A stretch of 64,000 bases of DNA, taken from contig CAWHRJ010000004.1 in the NCBI GenBank assembly GCA_963831685.1, forward strand, positions 448,812 through 512,811. Direction: 5' to 3'. The notes beneath the pieces are model-generated. The model ran no database searches. It was not told where the DNA came from and was given only the letters and a program-made list of their open reading frames with translations. This document shows positions 38,341 to 48,868 of the stretch, piece by piece. Origin of the DNA: an uncultured Pseudomonadota bacterium. Lineage in GTDB: Bacteria; Myxococcota_A; Polyangia; Fen-1088. Positions within the stretch are counted from its first letter, which is position 1; each line of letters begins with the position of its first letter. A program made the translations under genes and the position numbers.

Positions 38341-38727
38341 GATCCGTCTCAGGATGGTCTCCTCGATCGTCCTTCGCACCAGCCTGAGCTCCTCGTAGCG
38401 ATCGGGGAGGCGCGTGAGGAACTCGATCCGGCGCCGCGGCGCGCGGTCGGCGACCAGACGGCCCGTCTTGATCGCCTGGTGGGCGATGATCGGCGACGCC
38501 ACGTCGAGGTCCACCACGTCAACCGGCCGGCCGACAAGCTGTTCCAGGTCCGCACGCGCGTCGAGCAGCTTCGTGCCGTCGGGGCGGTTGTGGAAGAGGA
38601 CCGCCAGGTCGATGTCCGAGTCGGCGCGCGCACCTCGAACCTGCGATCCGAACAGCCAGGCGGCGTCCACGCCCCATCGGCGGTCGAGATCCTCGACGAT
38701 CGCCGCCACCGCGTCGTTCAGCTCCAC
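38320..38727 (-). CDS. mntA: MntA-type minimal nucleotidyltransferase antitoxin
   Basis: The pol-beta NTase signature is LFGSQVRGARADSDIDLAV...VDVVDL. GTG start. It lies directly upstream of hepT. Confidence 0.85.
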   Translation of the reverse strand: MELNDAVAAIVEDLDRRWGVDAAWLFGSQVRGARADSDIDLAVLFHNRPDGTKLLDARADLEQLVGRPVDVVDLDVASPIIAHQAIKTGRLVADRAPRRRIEFLTRLPDRYEELRLVRRTIEETILRRIARTSPS

Positions 38728-38801
38728 GAGCCTAATCGTAACACGCGTCCCGGAGCGCGCGAACGCCCGAGCCCAGCCCGGCCGCCCAAAGTCGAGTAGT
38801 C

Positions 38802-39684
38802 TTGGGGCCCATGTCGTCGCCGCCGTCCGCCACGCTCCCGCGGTTCGCGTTCCTGACGCCGCGCACGCTGCCGCCGGCGTCGAAGATCGAGGGGCGGGTG
38901 GCGGTGCTCGACATCGCGTTCGCCAGCGAGGGGGGCGGGGCGTCGTTCGAGAAGACGACGCTCCCCTTTATCAAAGGACTGGGCGGTCGCCTCGCGGCGT
39001 GGGTCGATCACCACGACCACGACCGCCACGTCGACTACAAGGACGATCCGCGCTTCGTGCTGACGACCAAGGCGGAGCACGGCGCCTGCCCGGAGATGGT
39101 GACGCCCGAGGTGGTTCGCGCCGCCGGGCCGGTCGACACGGTGGCGATGCACCTCGATCTCGACGGGATCTACTCGGGCGCCAAGTGGGTGCTGGGCGGC
39201 GTCGAGCCGTACGAAGGGCGCCGACGCCGACGCGCGCGCCGTCGACACGCGCCGCGGCGAGCCGGGGCCGATCGGGAACGCGCATCGATCGCGCGCTGCG
39301 GGCGCGGTTTCGCGACGAGACGCTCAAGCACCGGGTCATCCAGTACCTGGTGGCGCGCGCGAAGGCGCCGGTGCTGTGGGAGCGAGATCGAGGAGGCGGC
39401 GCGCGAGATCGACCCGCTGCTCGACGAGGCCGAGCGGCTCGCGGAGCGCTACCAGATGCGTCGACGGCGTCGCCTACGTCGAGGCGCGGGGGCGGCCGTA
39501 CGACAAGACGGAGCTCCTGCTGCTCGGGCAGGAGCGGGCGCCGGTGGCGGTGGTGCGCGACTCGGGCTCGCTGACGATCGCCGCCGACTTCGAGTCGGGG
39601 CTTCGACTTCGTGAAGCTGTTCGACCTCGGCGGCGGGATGCCGACCCGGGTGACGTCCCCGAGGCACGCCGCACCGAGGTCATG
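38802..39684 (+). pseudogene. Hypothetical protein (HHDHD-containing N-terminal domain) with the frame broken repeatedly; 3' end uncertain
   Basis: The first about 135 aa are intact (…WVDHHDHDRHVDYKDDPRFVLTTKAEHGACPEM…). Later protein-like pieces lie in other frames: IDRALRARFRDETLKHRVIQYLVAR, SEIEEAAREIDPLLDEAERLAERY, VDGVAYVEARGRPYDKTELLLLGQERAPVAVVRDSGSLTIAADFESG. Confidence 0.45.
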
Positions 39685-39753
39685 ACGCAAGCTGGCGGCC
39701 GCGGTCGCCGCCCGCGCGCGGCCGCCGCGGCGGCGTCGGTGTAAGCTCCGGCC

Positions 39754-40662
39754 ATGGCCACGCCGCCGCCAAACCCCAGCGAATCCCGGCACGCACGTCG
39801 GCGCTCGCGGCGCGCGTCCTGTCGGCGGCCGGCGGGCATGCGCGCCGGGCTGGCGTCGGAAGGGCCGCTCCCGTCGCGCCGCGACATCGCGCGCGCTGGT
39901 CGAGGAGCTGCTCGAGGTGCTGTTCCCGGAGTCGCACCGGCTCGGCACCGACGGCGGCAGCCTGCAGGACCACGTCGCCGCGACGATCGGGTCGCTCGAG
40001 GCGCACCTCGAGACGGCGATCTACCTGGGCCTGCACCGGCTCTGCGGCAACAGGGACCGGGCGCGGTGGCACGCTGCGCCAAGCGCGCGCGCGCGACTCA
40101 CCGCGCCGCCTGCTGGAGGCGCTGCCCGACATCCGCGCGGCGCTGGCAAGGACGTGCTGGCCGCGTTCGAGTCGCGACCCGGCGGCCACCGGCATCGACG
40201 AGATCGTCGCCTGCTACCCGGGCCTCTACGCCATCGCCGTCTACCGCGTCGCGCACCATCTGCTGAAGCGACGGCGCGCGAGGTGGTGCCGCGCATGCTG
40301 ACCGAGCACGCGCACTCGCGCACCGGCATCGACATCCACCCGGGCGCGACGATCGGCGAGTCGTTCTTCATCGACCACGGCACCGGGCATCGTCGTCGGC
40401 GAGACCTCGCCGATCGGCAACCGCGTGCGCATCTACCAGGGCGTGACGCTGGGCGCGCTGTCGATCCGCGACCGCGGCCGCGCCGACAGGCTCGGGCCCG
40501 GGGAAGCAGCGCCACCCGACGATCGAGGACGACGTGATCATCTACGCCAACGCGACGATCCTGGGCGGCAACACCGTGATCGGGCAGGGCGCGATCGTGG
40601 GCGGCAACGCCTGGATCACCTACTCGGTGCCGCCGGGCATCCGGGTCGGCGTGGGGACCTAG
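39754..40662 (+). pseudogene. cysE: Serine O-acetyltransferase (CysE/EpsC type) with multiple frame breaks
   Basis: Segments are spread over three frames: [91 protein letters not shown], and the hexapeptide tail [34 protein letters not shown]. The stop is at 40660-40662. Confidence 0.8.
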
Positions 40663-40689
40663 CGACGCTCTCCCCGCGGATCACTCGAG

Positions 40690-41960
40690 CTTCTGCGCGA
40701 GCGTCTCGGCGCAGATCCTCGAGACCCAACGGCCGATCCGGGTGCTGCGCCTCGTCGCCTGGGGCGAGGAGGTCGAGCGCGAGCTTCTTCGCGGCCGCGG
40801 CGCGCGCGAGCTGCCGCGGCCCGAGTACCGGATCCCGCCCGAGGTCGCCGAGGCGGGGGCGCGCTTTCGCGCGCTCAAGGCGCTGGTCCCCGGGTCGGGC
40901 GCGATCGAGATCTTCCTGCGCGAGACCTGCGACGCGTTCGCCACCGCGGCGCGCATGCTGGCCGCGGTCGGCACGCAGCGACTTCTACTATCACTCGGTC
41001 GAGCTCTACGGGCGCCCCGCCAGCCTGACGGCCGATCGGCGGACGACCAACCTGGATCTGGCGCAGCACTTCCGCCGCGTCGTCGACGGCGTGGCGGGCG
41101 CGGCGCGCCGATCCCCAGCCCACCGGACGAGCTACTGCTACGACGCCGAGGAGGTGGTGCCGCTGCTGGCGCGCGCGGTTCGCGGCGTTCTTCCCCGGCC
41201 AGCAGATCGGCGTCGAGGTCGTCGACGGGATCGCCGCCAAGGCGGTGGCCGGCGTCGACGGCGTGCGGATGCAAGCGCGGGCGCGGTTCTCGCCGCGCGA
41301 TCTGGCGCAGCTCGAGTTCCACGAGGGACACGTCCACGTGGCGACGGCGCTGAACGGGCGGGCGCAGCCGGTGATGCCGTTCATCGGGCTACCCGTCGCC
41401 GCGCACGACCGGCGACGCAGGAGGGGCTGGCGGTGTTGACGGAGTTCCTGACCCAGTCGACCAGCATCGATCGCCTGCGGCGCCTCGCCGACCGGACGCT
41501 GGCGATCAAGATGGCCGAGGACGGCGCCGATTTCTGCGAGCTCTATCGCTTCTTCCGCGAGCGCGCGACACGACGAGACGAGCGCGTACGACAGTGCGCG
41601 GCGGGTCTGCCGCGGCGGGCTCTGTCGCCGGGCGGCGCGCCGTTCACCAAGGACGTCTGCTACCTGGACGGCCTCCTGCGGGTGACGAACTTCATGCGCG
41701 TGGCGCTGGTCAAGGGTCACCTCGGCGACGTGCCGCTCTTCTTCGCCGGGAAGATCGCCGTCGAGGACGTCCCGCTGTTCGGGCGCCTGCAGCGCGAGGG
41801 GTTGGTGCGGTCGCCCGAATACTTGCCCGCGTGGGCGCGCGATCTCTCTTACCTCACGGCGTTCATGAGCTACTCGGCTTTTCTCGGCGAGTGCGACCTC
41901 GACGCCGAGCGCCGACGCTACGAGGATCTCATGACGCGGGCCGAGGGCGAGATGGGATGA
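40690..41960 (+). pseudogene. DUF1704 / QEGLA-motif protein (flavohemoglobin expression-modulating family) with multiple frame breaks; start uncertain
   Basis: TQEGLAVLTEFLTQSTSIDRLRRLADRTLAIKMAEDG contains the QEGLA motif. Also present are FHEGHVHVATALNG and the tail APFTKDVCYLDGLLRV...LSYLTAFMSYSAF. The pieces lie in track ORFs 40425.., 40742.. and 41245... Confidence 0.7.
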
Positions 41961-42694
41961 GCCCCATCAGCCGGGCGCCCAGCAGCACCGTCGCCAGGCA
42001 GGCCCACTGCGCCGGGGTCAGCCCCGCGTAGCGCTGGTCGGGGAGTGCGACGTCGGTCGCGCGCAGGAAGTCGAGGCCGAACCGAACCGGCGCGTACATC
42101 ATCGCCGCGAGACCAATGACGTGGCCCGGCGGGCGCGGCTTGCGCGCGTAGGCGAAGAGGATCGCGGTCATGACGATCGTGAAGAGGAGCTCGTCGAGGC
42201 CGAGATCGTGGCGCGGACCGTCGGGGAAGCGCACGGCCAGGAAGAAGTCGGTGTGGCGGCCCGGGTGATCGTGCGCCGTGAAGCAGCCGGTCCGCCCGAA
42301 GATCCACCCGACCGAGAGGCCGAGCGCGACCGAGTCGGCGTACGCCAGTCGGTCGATCTTCTCCTTCTTGCGTGTAGTAGAGAAACGCCAGGAGCGCGCC
42401 CAGGAAGCCGCCAAACGACGAGAGCCCCGACCAGACGTTGAGCAGCACCAGCGGGTTCTGCTTGATGCGCTCCGGGAAGTAGAAGATCACCGACACCAGG
42501 TGGGCGACGATGAAGCCGCCGATCACGATCCGCGCGTTCAGGAAGCGGACGTCCTGCGCATCGAGGCCGCGCTTGGCCCCCTGCGCGACCACGATCCGGT
42601 CGCCGACGATCACGCCGATCGCGACCAGCACGCCGAACATGTGAATCGGGATCGACCCGATGTCGAACAGATGTCCGTTGAAGTACGGAATCAT
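41929..42694 (-). pseudogene. lgt: Prolipoprotein diacylglyceryl transferase Lgt, one frame break near 42369-42372
   Basis: The N-terminal half is MIPYFNGHLFDIGSIPIHMFGVLVAIG...WSGLSSFGGFLGALLAFLYYT. The C-terminal half, in ORF 41929..42414, is KKEKIDRLAYADSVALGLSVGWIFGRTGCF. The ATG overlaps the lipA stop (ATGA). Confidence 0.85.
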
Positions 42695-43662
42695 CGGTCG
42701 GAGGCAGCGTTTCGCAGAGCCAGGACGATGTCGCGCTGGCCATCGGCGTGGTAGCTGGAGCGGACCATCGGGCCCGACTCGACGTGCGGGAATCCGAGCG
42801 CGAGGGCCTCGGCCTTGAGGGCGTCGAACTCGGCCGGGGGGACGAAGCGCGCGACCTCGAGGTGCTTGGGGGAGGGGCGTAGGTACTGGCCCAGCGTCAG
42901 GATGTCGACGCCGATCTGGCGCAGCTCGCCGAGGACGGCGCGCACCTCGTCGAGCTCCTCGCCGAGGCCCAGCATGAGGCCCGTCTTGGTGATCGCGCCC
43001 GCCGCCTTGGCGTGGCGAAGGATCGCGTACGAGCGCGGGTAGCTGGCCTGGACGCGGACCTGGCGCGACAAACGCGGGACGGTCTCCAGGTTGTGCGCGA
43101 AGACGTCGGGGCCGGCGCCGAGCACGGTGTCGACGGCGGTGGTGTCCCCCTTGAAGTCGCCCGTCAGGACCTCCAGCACCAGCTCGGGGCTGCGCCGCTT
43201 GACCGCGCGGATCGTCGCCGCCCAGTGCTCGGCGCCGCCGTCGGGGAGGTCGTCGCGGTCGACGCAGGTGATCACCGTGTGGCGCAGGCCGAGCTCGCCC
43301 AGCATCGTCGCGACATGTTCGGGCTCGTCGGGATCGGGCGGCAGCGGCCGCCCGGTCGGCACGTCGCAAAACTGACAAGACCGCGTGCAGATCCCGCCCA
43401 GGATCATGATGGTCAGCGACTGCCGGTTCCAGCACTCGCCGATGTTGGGGCACGACGCGCTCTCGCAGACGGTGTGCAGCCCCAGCTCGGCGACCCGCTG
43501 CTTGAGATCGAAGAAGACCTCGCCGCGCGGCATCTTCATCCGGATCCAGTCGGGCTTGGGCTGGAACTGCGGGCGCGCGGCCGGCGCGGCGCCGCTCGCC
43601 TCTAGCTCGGCCTGCAGGACGCGCAGCTTGCGCGACCGGGTCTCGACGATCCGCTCGGACAT
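42691..43662 (-). CDS. lipA: Lipoyl synthase LipA
   Basis: The Cys clusters CESASCPNIGECW and CTRSCQFC are present in an intact 323-aa frame. Confidence 0.95.
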   Translation of the reverse strand: MSERIVETRSRKLRVLQAELEASGAAPAARPQFQPKPDWIRMKMPRGEVFFDLKQRVAELGLHTVCESASCPNIGECWNRQSLTIMILGGICTRSCQFCDVPTGRPLPPDPDEPEHVATMLGELGLRHTVITCVDRDDLPDGGAEHWAATIRAVKRRSPELVLEVLTGDFKGDTTAVDTVLGAGPDVFAHNLETVPRLSRQVRVQASYPRSYAILRHAKAAGAITKTGLMLGLGEELDEVRAVLGELRQIGVDILTLGQYLRPSPKHLEVARFVPPAEFDALKAEALALGFPHVESGPMVRSSYHADGQRDIVLALRNAASDR

Positions 43663-43732
43663 TCGAGCGTTGAATCTACTCGATCCCCGGCGCCATGTCC
43701 GGCGGACGTGCCTGCTATCCTAACGCCGGCGT

Positions 43733-45520
43733 ATGACGGACGCGCGGATCGCTCGGCTGGGGGTCGTCGGGCTCCTCGGTATGCTCGGCGGGTGCGTTGC
43801 GGCCGGCTGTGGCCCGGCGCCGGCGGCGGGGTCACGCCAGATCGATGCGGGCGCCGGCGACGCGCCGGTCGCCGCCGACAGCGCCGGCCTGGACGTCGGG
43901 ATCGGCCCCTGGACCGCCTCGCCCGACGCGGCGGCGCCGATCCCGCTCGACGACGTGACCGTCTACGCGTTCAGCCAGAGCGGCAACGACACGGGCGACC
44001 CACAGGTGATCACGCTCGGGCCGGACATCAACATCCGAGGCTGGCAGCGCTGGCACACCTACGGCTACCAGGCGAGCGAGTACGATTTCGGCTACGTCGC
44101 CAGCGCGCACGCCGCGGGGGTGAAGTTCATCGGCGGTACGACCGCGACGGCGCTGTTCGCGGATGAGTTCCCCAACTCGCAGTTCCCATCGACTCAGTAC
44201 AGCGACGTCGCGACGCGCGACGCGACCGGCGCCGTCGTCGCCCACCCGTCGATCATGCCCAACTTCTACCGCGGCTCGCTGGCGAATCCGCTCTACCGCG
44301 AGTACCTGATTCGCATCTCGGAGATCCAGATCGACGGCGGCGTCGACGGCCTCTTTTTCGACGAGATCAATCAGGACTACGAGGGCGCCAGCTTCGACGG
44401 CAACGAGGGGTTCGACGCGTATCACCTGGCGGAATTCAACGCCTACCTGCTCTGGCGCTTCCCGGGGGTCGACTACGCGACGATGTTCGGGATGACGGCC
44501 GACAACCTGCTGAAGGCGAACGTCGCGCCGGGCGATCTGACGAACAACTTCAACTACCAGACCTACCTCGCCGCGCACGGCTGGGGGCATAGCCCGTTCG
44601 CGGCCGCCAACCCACTCGGCGCCATCTGGGGCCGCGCCGTGCAGAACCGCCCCGCGCCTGGCGCCGGCACCTTCGTCGACAGCGCCGAGCCCTACCGCTA
44701 CTGGGGGCAGATCGCGTCGACGTTGAGGGCTTACGCGCAACAGAAGTACGGCCGCTCGATCTATCTGACCTCGAACGGCGTCTGGCCGCTGGTCGACTTC
44801 CAAGGCGTCGGCCTCTACGAGTTCAACCAGGACGACGATGGGGACGATGCGCAGTACGTGCCGGTGACGTCGGGATCGACGACAGCGGCGGCTCACCTCG
44901 ACGGCACGCGCAGCCTGCAGCGTCCGTTCCTGAGCCTCAAGGCGCGGTCGGCGGAGCTGGCCCCGGGCGCCCCGGTGGTCCTGTTCATCGATTGGCCGAC
45001 CAACTTCATGTCGTACTACCTGCACATGCCGACGAGCGAGCAGGAGGACTACTGGCGGATCTACGCGGCCGAGGCCTACGCCAATGGGCTCTTCTTCGCC
45101 TTCTTCCTTGCTGATACCGTCGGCGACCCGACCGCCACCCAGCTCGGCTTGATGCCGTTCTTCCAGAGCTTGACGGCGTTTTACAAGGGGCACGCCGGCC
45201 TTTACCACGGCGTCACATTCCCGCCCGACGTTCTCATCAGTGTCCAGGTGTCGCTGGTGGGCGACATGACCGCCGTCGCCGACCAGGCCACCCCGCGGCG
45301 GCGGCTCCTGCACCTCGTGAACCACGACTACAGCGGGGCGTTGGTCGAGCACGACGGGTTCACGGTGGCGGTCCCGCTGCCGAGCGCGCCGACGTCGGTG
45401 ACCTTGGCGTCGCCCGATCTCCCGGCCGACGTCGACCTGCCGTTCACCTATCAAGGCGGCTCGGTGGCGGTGGTCGTGCCGTCACTCGTCGCTTACGACG
45501 TCATCGAGATCGCGTACTGA
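43733..45520 (+). CDS. Secreted lipoprotein, putative TIM-barrel glycoside-hydrolase-like protein
   Basis: Lipobox LGMLGGC. The motif GGVDGLFFDEINQDYEG resembles the GVSGIFFDEMAN motif of the spherulin-4-like protein at 12696. The frame is an intact 595 aa. The family is not recognised with certainty. Confidence 0.6.
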   Translation: MTDARIARLGVVGLLGMLGGCVAAGCGPAPAAGSRQIDAGAGDAPVAADSAGLDVGIGPWTASPDAAAPIPLDDVTVYAFSQSGNDTGDPQVITLGPDINIRGWQRWHTYGYQASEYDFGYVASAHAAGVKFIGGTTATALFADEFPNSQFPSTQYSDVATRDATGAVVAHPSIMPNFYRGSLANPLYREYLIRISEIQIDGGVDGLFFDEINQDYEGASFDGNEGFDAYHLAEFNAYLLWRFPGVDYATMFGMTADNLLKANVAPGDLTNNFNYQTYLAAHGWGHSPFAAANPLGAIWGRAVQNRPAPGAGTFVDSAEPYRYWGQIASTLRAYAQQKYGRSIYLTSNGVWPLVDFQGVGLYEFNQDDDGDDAQYVPVTSGSTTAAAHLDGTRSLQRPFLSLKARSAELAPGAPVVLFIDWPTNFMSYYLHMPTSEQEDYWRIYAAEAYANGLFFAFFLADTVGDPTATQLGLMPFFQSLTAFYKGHAGLYHGVTFPPDVLISVQVSLVGDMTAVADQATPRRRLLHLVNHDYSGALVEHDGFTVAVPLPSAPTSVTLASPDLPADVDLPFTYQGGSVAVVVPSLVAYDVIEIAY

Positions 45521-45583
45521 CTTTCGGGTCGCTGAACGCAACCCGGGACGAAAACGCGCCGAACATGGCGTGGTATCCTCGGT

Positions 45584-46162
45584 GTGTTGTCCTCTCAGCC
45601 TCATATCGCCGACCTGGTCGCGTCCGAGCGCCTCCGTCCATTGCGACGCATCGAGTACGAGCGCATGGTGGACGAAGGCTTCTTCGACGAGGAGGAGAAG
45701 ATCGAGCTCCTCGACGGAGTCATCGTCGAGATGACTCGGCAGGGACCAAGGCACGCGAGCACGGTCCAAAGGTTGACGCATCTGCTGGTGTTGACGCTCG
45801 ACCCGAGGGCCGAGGTGCGTGTTCAACTGCCGTTTGCTGCTTCGGATGTCTCCGAGCCCGGGCCGGACGTCGCGGTCGTGCCCACGGGGGGACACGAACG
45901 GGCGCATCCGGAGGAGGCGATGTTGCTCATCGAGGTATCGGAGTCCTCGCTCAGCAAAGACCGCCGAGTGAAGGCCCGAATCTACGCGGAGGCGGGCACT
46001 CCCGAGTACTGGATCGTCGATGTCACGGCCGGCGCGATCGAGGTCCGGACCGAGCCCGGTGCTGGCGGGTACCGCCGGGTCCGCGTCGCCCAGCCCGGCG
46101 AGACAATCCGTCTGCAGGCCTTTCCGGACGTCGAGATTGCCGTCAGCGACGTCGTTCGCTGA
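45584..46162 (+). CDS. Uma2-family (DUF820) restriction-endonuclease-fold protein
   Basis: The translation is EYERMVDEGFF...ELLDGVIVEM...PDVAVV...LLIEVSESS...K...YAEAGTPEYWIVD, the typical PD-(D/E)xK Uma2 layout. Confidence 0.85.
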   Translation: MLSSQPHIADLVASERLRPLRRIEYERMVDEGFFDEEEKIELLDGVIVEMTRQGPRHASTVQRLTHLLVLTLDPRAEVRVQLPFAASDVSEPGPDVAVVPTGGHERAHPEEAMLLIEVSESSLSKDRRVKARIYAEAGTPEYWIVDVTAGAIEVRTEPGAGGYRRVRVAQPGETIRLQAFPDVEIAVSDVVR

Positions 46163-46183
46163 CCGCGCGCGGCGTTCCCGCCG

Positions 46184-47596
46184 CTAGATGTGAACGACCT
46201 CGCCGAGCGCGGCGGCGGTCGCCTCATACATCACCTCCGACAACGTCGGGTGGGGGTGGACCGCCGCCAGCACGTCGTGGGCGGTGGCCTCGGAGGTGAT
46301 CGCCAGCGACATCTCGGCGATGAGATCGGTGACGCCGTAGCCGATGCCGTGGACACCGACGATCTCGCCCCGTGCCTTGTTGGTGATCACTTTGATGAAG
46401 CCATCGAGGTGGTTGGCGCCCAGCGCCTTGCCGTTGACGTTGAAGGGGAACTTGCCGACGGAGATGTCGATCCCCGCCTCGCGCGCCTGGGCCTCGGTCT
46501 TCCCGATGGACGCCACCTCCGGGTCGCAGTAAGTGCAGCCGGGGATGGCATCGTAATTCACCGGCACGACGTGCTTGCCGGCCATGGCCTCGACCGTCCG
46601 CACGCCCTCCGCCATCGCCACGTGGGCCAAGAGCGGCGGTCCGGCGCAGTCGCCGATCGACCAGATCCCGGGGCTGGTGGTGCGGTACTGGTCGTCGACC
46701 TGGATGAAGCCGCGGTCGAGCGCGACGCCCATCCCCTCGAGGCCGATCCCCTCGACGTTCGCGCGCACGCCGACCGCCATCAGGACGCGCTCCGAGGTGA
46801 TGGTCTCGGCCTTGCCCTGGCCATCCACGAACGAGGTGGTCGCCGTCTTGCCGCTCACCTTGATGCCGGTCGTCTTGGCGCCGGTGTGGATGATCATCCC
46901 TTTTTTCTTCAGCGCTCTGGTCAGCGAGGCCGACACCTCCTCGTCCTCGATCGGCAGGACGCGCGGCATGAACTCGATGACCGTGACCTCGACGCCGAAG
47001 GCGTTCCAGAAGTCGGCGAACTCGATCCCGATCGCGCCGGCGCCGATGACGACGACCGACTTCGGAACCTCGGGCAGCACCATCGCCTCGCGGTAGGTGA
47101 TGATCCGGTCCCCGTCGGGCTCGATGCCGGGCAGGAACTTGGCGCGCGCGCCGGTGGCGATGATGGTGCGCGGCGCCTCGAGCGCCAGCTTGCCGGCCTG
47201 CTTGCCTCCGGCGGTCGTCTCCACCTCCAGCTTGTTCCGCCCGGTCAGCGTCGCCGTCCCCTTGAGGTGGGTGACGCCGTACTTCTTGAACAGGAACTCG
47301 ACGCCGCCGGCGAGCTTCTCCGAGACGCTGCGGCTGCGCGCGATGATCTTGCTCCAGTCGAAGCTGACGGGCCCCTGGACGACGATCCCCATCTCGCCGG
47401 CGTGCTGCACCGCGCGCATCGTCTCGGCCGACTTCAGCAGCGCCTTGGTCGGGATGCAGCCCCAGTTGAGACAGATGCCGCCGGCGCGCTCGCGCTCGAT
47501 GCAGACGGTCTTGAACCCCAGTTGCGCGCCGCGAATCGCCGCGACGTACCCGCCGGGGCCCGCCCCGACGACGATCAGGTCGTACTTGTCAGCCAT
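46184..47596 (-). CDS. lpdA: Dihydrolipoyl dehydrogenase (E3)
   Basis: ATG at 47596 (MADKYDLIVVGAGPGGY). The redox disulfide is GGICLNWGCIPTK. The C-terminal HPHPTLSE is present. Confidence 0.93.
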   Translation of the reverse strand: MADKYDLIVVGAGPGGYVAAIRGAQLGFKTVCIERERAGGICLNWGCIPTKALLKSAETMRAVQHAGEMGIVVQGPVSFDWSKIIARSRSVSEKLAGGVEFLFKKYGVTHLKGTATLTGRNKLEVETTAGGKQAGKLALEAPRTIIATGARAKFLPGIEPDGDRIITYREAMVLPEVPKSVVVIGAGAIGIEFADFWNAFGVEVTVIEFMPRVLPIEDEEVSASLTRALKKKGMIIHTGAKTTGIKVSGKTATTSFVDGQGKAETITSERVLMAVGVRANVEGIGLEGMGVALDRGFIQVDDQYRTTSPGIWSIGDCAGPPLLAHVAMAEGVRTVEAMAGKHVVPVNYDAIPGCTYCDPEVASIGKTEAQAREAGIDISVGKFPFNVNGKALGANHLDGFIKVITNKARGEIVGVHGIGYGVTDLIAEMSLAITSEATAHDVLAAVHPHPTLSEVMYEATAAALGEVVHI

Positions 47597-47799
47597 CGAA
47601 TGTGGATAGTTGGATAGCACAAGTGAGGCCCGATCGTCTTTCAGTGAAGAATTTGGTCCCCCCTTGCCATGATTTAACGGGTGCGTCTATTCTGCTGCCT
47701 ACGCGCGACCGCGAGGAGCCGCTCGAGTTTCGGGTGTCCCGTCCCGGCCTTTGGCTGTGATGATGGCGCTGGCACGCAGCCCCGATCTGTGAGGTAACC

Positions 47800-48846
47800 A
47801 TGTTCCTATCGCGATCCCTTACCAGGACCCTGGCGCTGACCGTCATCTCGGCAGCGACGCTGGGCGGCCTCGGGTGCAAGTCCAGTACGCAGGCCACGCC
47901 CATCACCTCGGCGGCCTGCACGGACCCGTCGATGTCGGTGGCGATCACCGACCCCACCAACTACACGCTGTCGGATTCCTTCTCGCTCCAGCACGTCGTT
48001 TTGCAGGACAACTACGACCTGGTGTTCGACTGGAGCAACCTGACCGTGGATTTCTTCGGCCAACCAGTCAATCCCCTGACCGACATCAACTTGGTATCGG
48101 CCTCGCTCTGGAAGCTCACCCCTTCGGACATCGAGCAGGCGCTCAAAGTCGATAACCTGAACATGATGCTGAGCAATATGTACGGCATCATCACGACGTA
48201 TCCTGACGGGACCTATACGCACATGGACCTGCTCGGCTTCAACGAGCTCACGAACCCACTGCCGACGGACGAGCTCTGGTCGCGCTTCGACACAGCCACG
48301 CCGAATTACCAGTATCCGCAGGACCAGTACACGTTCCTGTTGATGGCGCAGAGCGGGGCCGACGTGGGCAAAAAGCCGCACAGCATCGCCCTTTTCAACA
48401 TCGATCCAGGCTCCTCTACGCAGAGCCTCTCTCTGACCAACGACTCCGCCAAGCTGACCTACTCCGTCGATCTGGAGCACGCGCAGCCGATGCTGGTGCC
48501 GGCCGGCGTCCCCGCTCTGACCATCGACTGGACTCAGATGATGACGAACTGCCTGGGGAACTTTTACGACGGCAGCCAGATCACCGAAGCGGCGGTGGCC
48601 CACTTCACGAGCAAGACGCTTCCCGAGCTGCAGCAGGACTTCCTGAACCTGGAAAACCTCGCCGACGGCTGGTGGTCTGGCGAGCCGCCGCCCGGGCGCA
48701 GCATCGATCTCAGCACGCTGACCGACGCGAACGGGGCGGCGTTCCCGGGGATCGATTCGACGGGCGTCTGGATGGCGGCGCTCTTCTGCGGCAACTGCAA
48801 CAACCCGGCGCCCTGGTCAATCACGATCCTCCGACCCTGTCAGTGA
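47800..48846 (+). CDS. Hypothetical lipoprotein (348 aa) with visibly relaxed GC3
   Basis: Lipobox LGGLGC. The frame is intact. It uses many A/T-ending codons (aat tac cag tat, gat aac ctg aac atg atg), unlike flanking genes. I recognise no family. Confidence 0.7.
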   Translation: MFLSRSLTRTLALTVISAATLGGLGCKSSTQATPITSAACTDPSMSVAITDPTNYTLSDSFSLQHVVLQDNYDLVFDWSNLTVDFFGQPVNPLTDINLVSASLWKLTPSDIEQALKVDNLNMMLSNMYGIITTYPDGTYTHMDLLGFNELTNPLPTDELWSRFDTATPNYQYPQDQYTFLLMAQSGADVGKKPHSIALFNIDPGSSTQSLSLTNDSAKLTYSVDLEHAQPMLVPAGVPALTIDWTQMMTNCLGNFYDGSQITEAAVAHFTSKTLPELQQDFLNLENLADGWWSGEPPPGRSIDLSTLTDANGAAFPGIDSTGVWMAALFCGNCNNPAPWSITILRPCQ

Positions 48847-48868
48847 CAGGCGGGCGGCCACTGTCGGT

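Noticed and set aside
47597-47799. TGGCACGCAGCCCCGATCTG upstream of the 47800 lipoprotein gene looked like a sigma-54 -24 box.
   Set aside because: The -12 position does not carry GC or TTGC at the required spacing.
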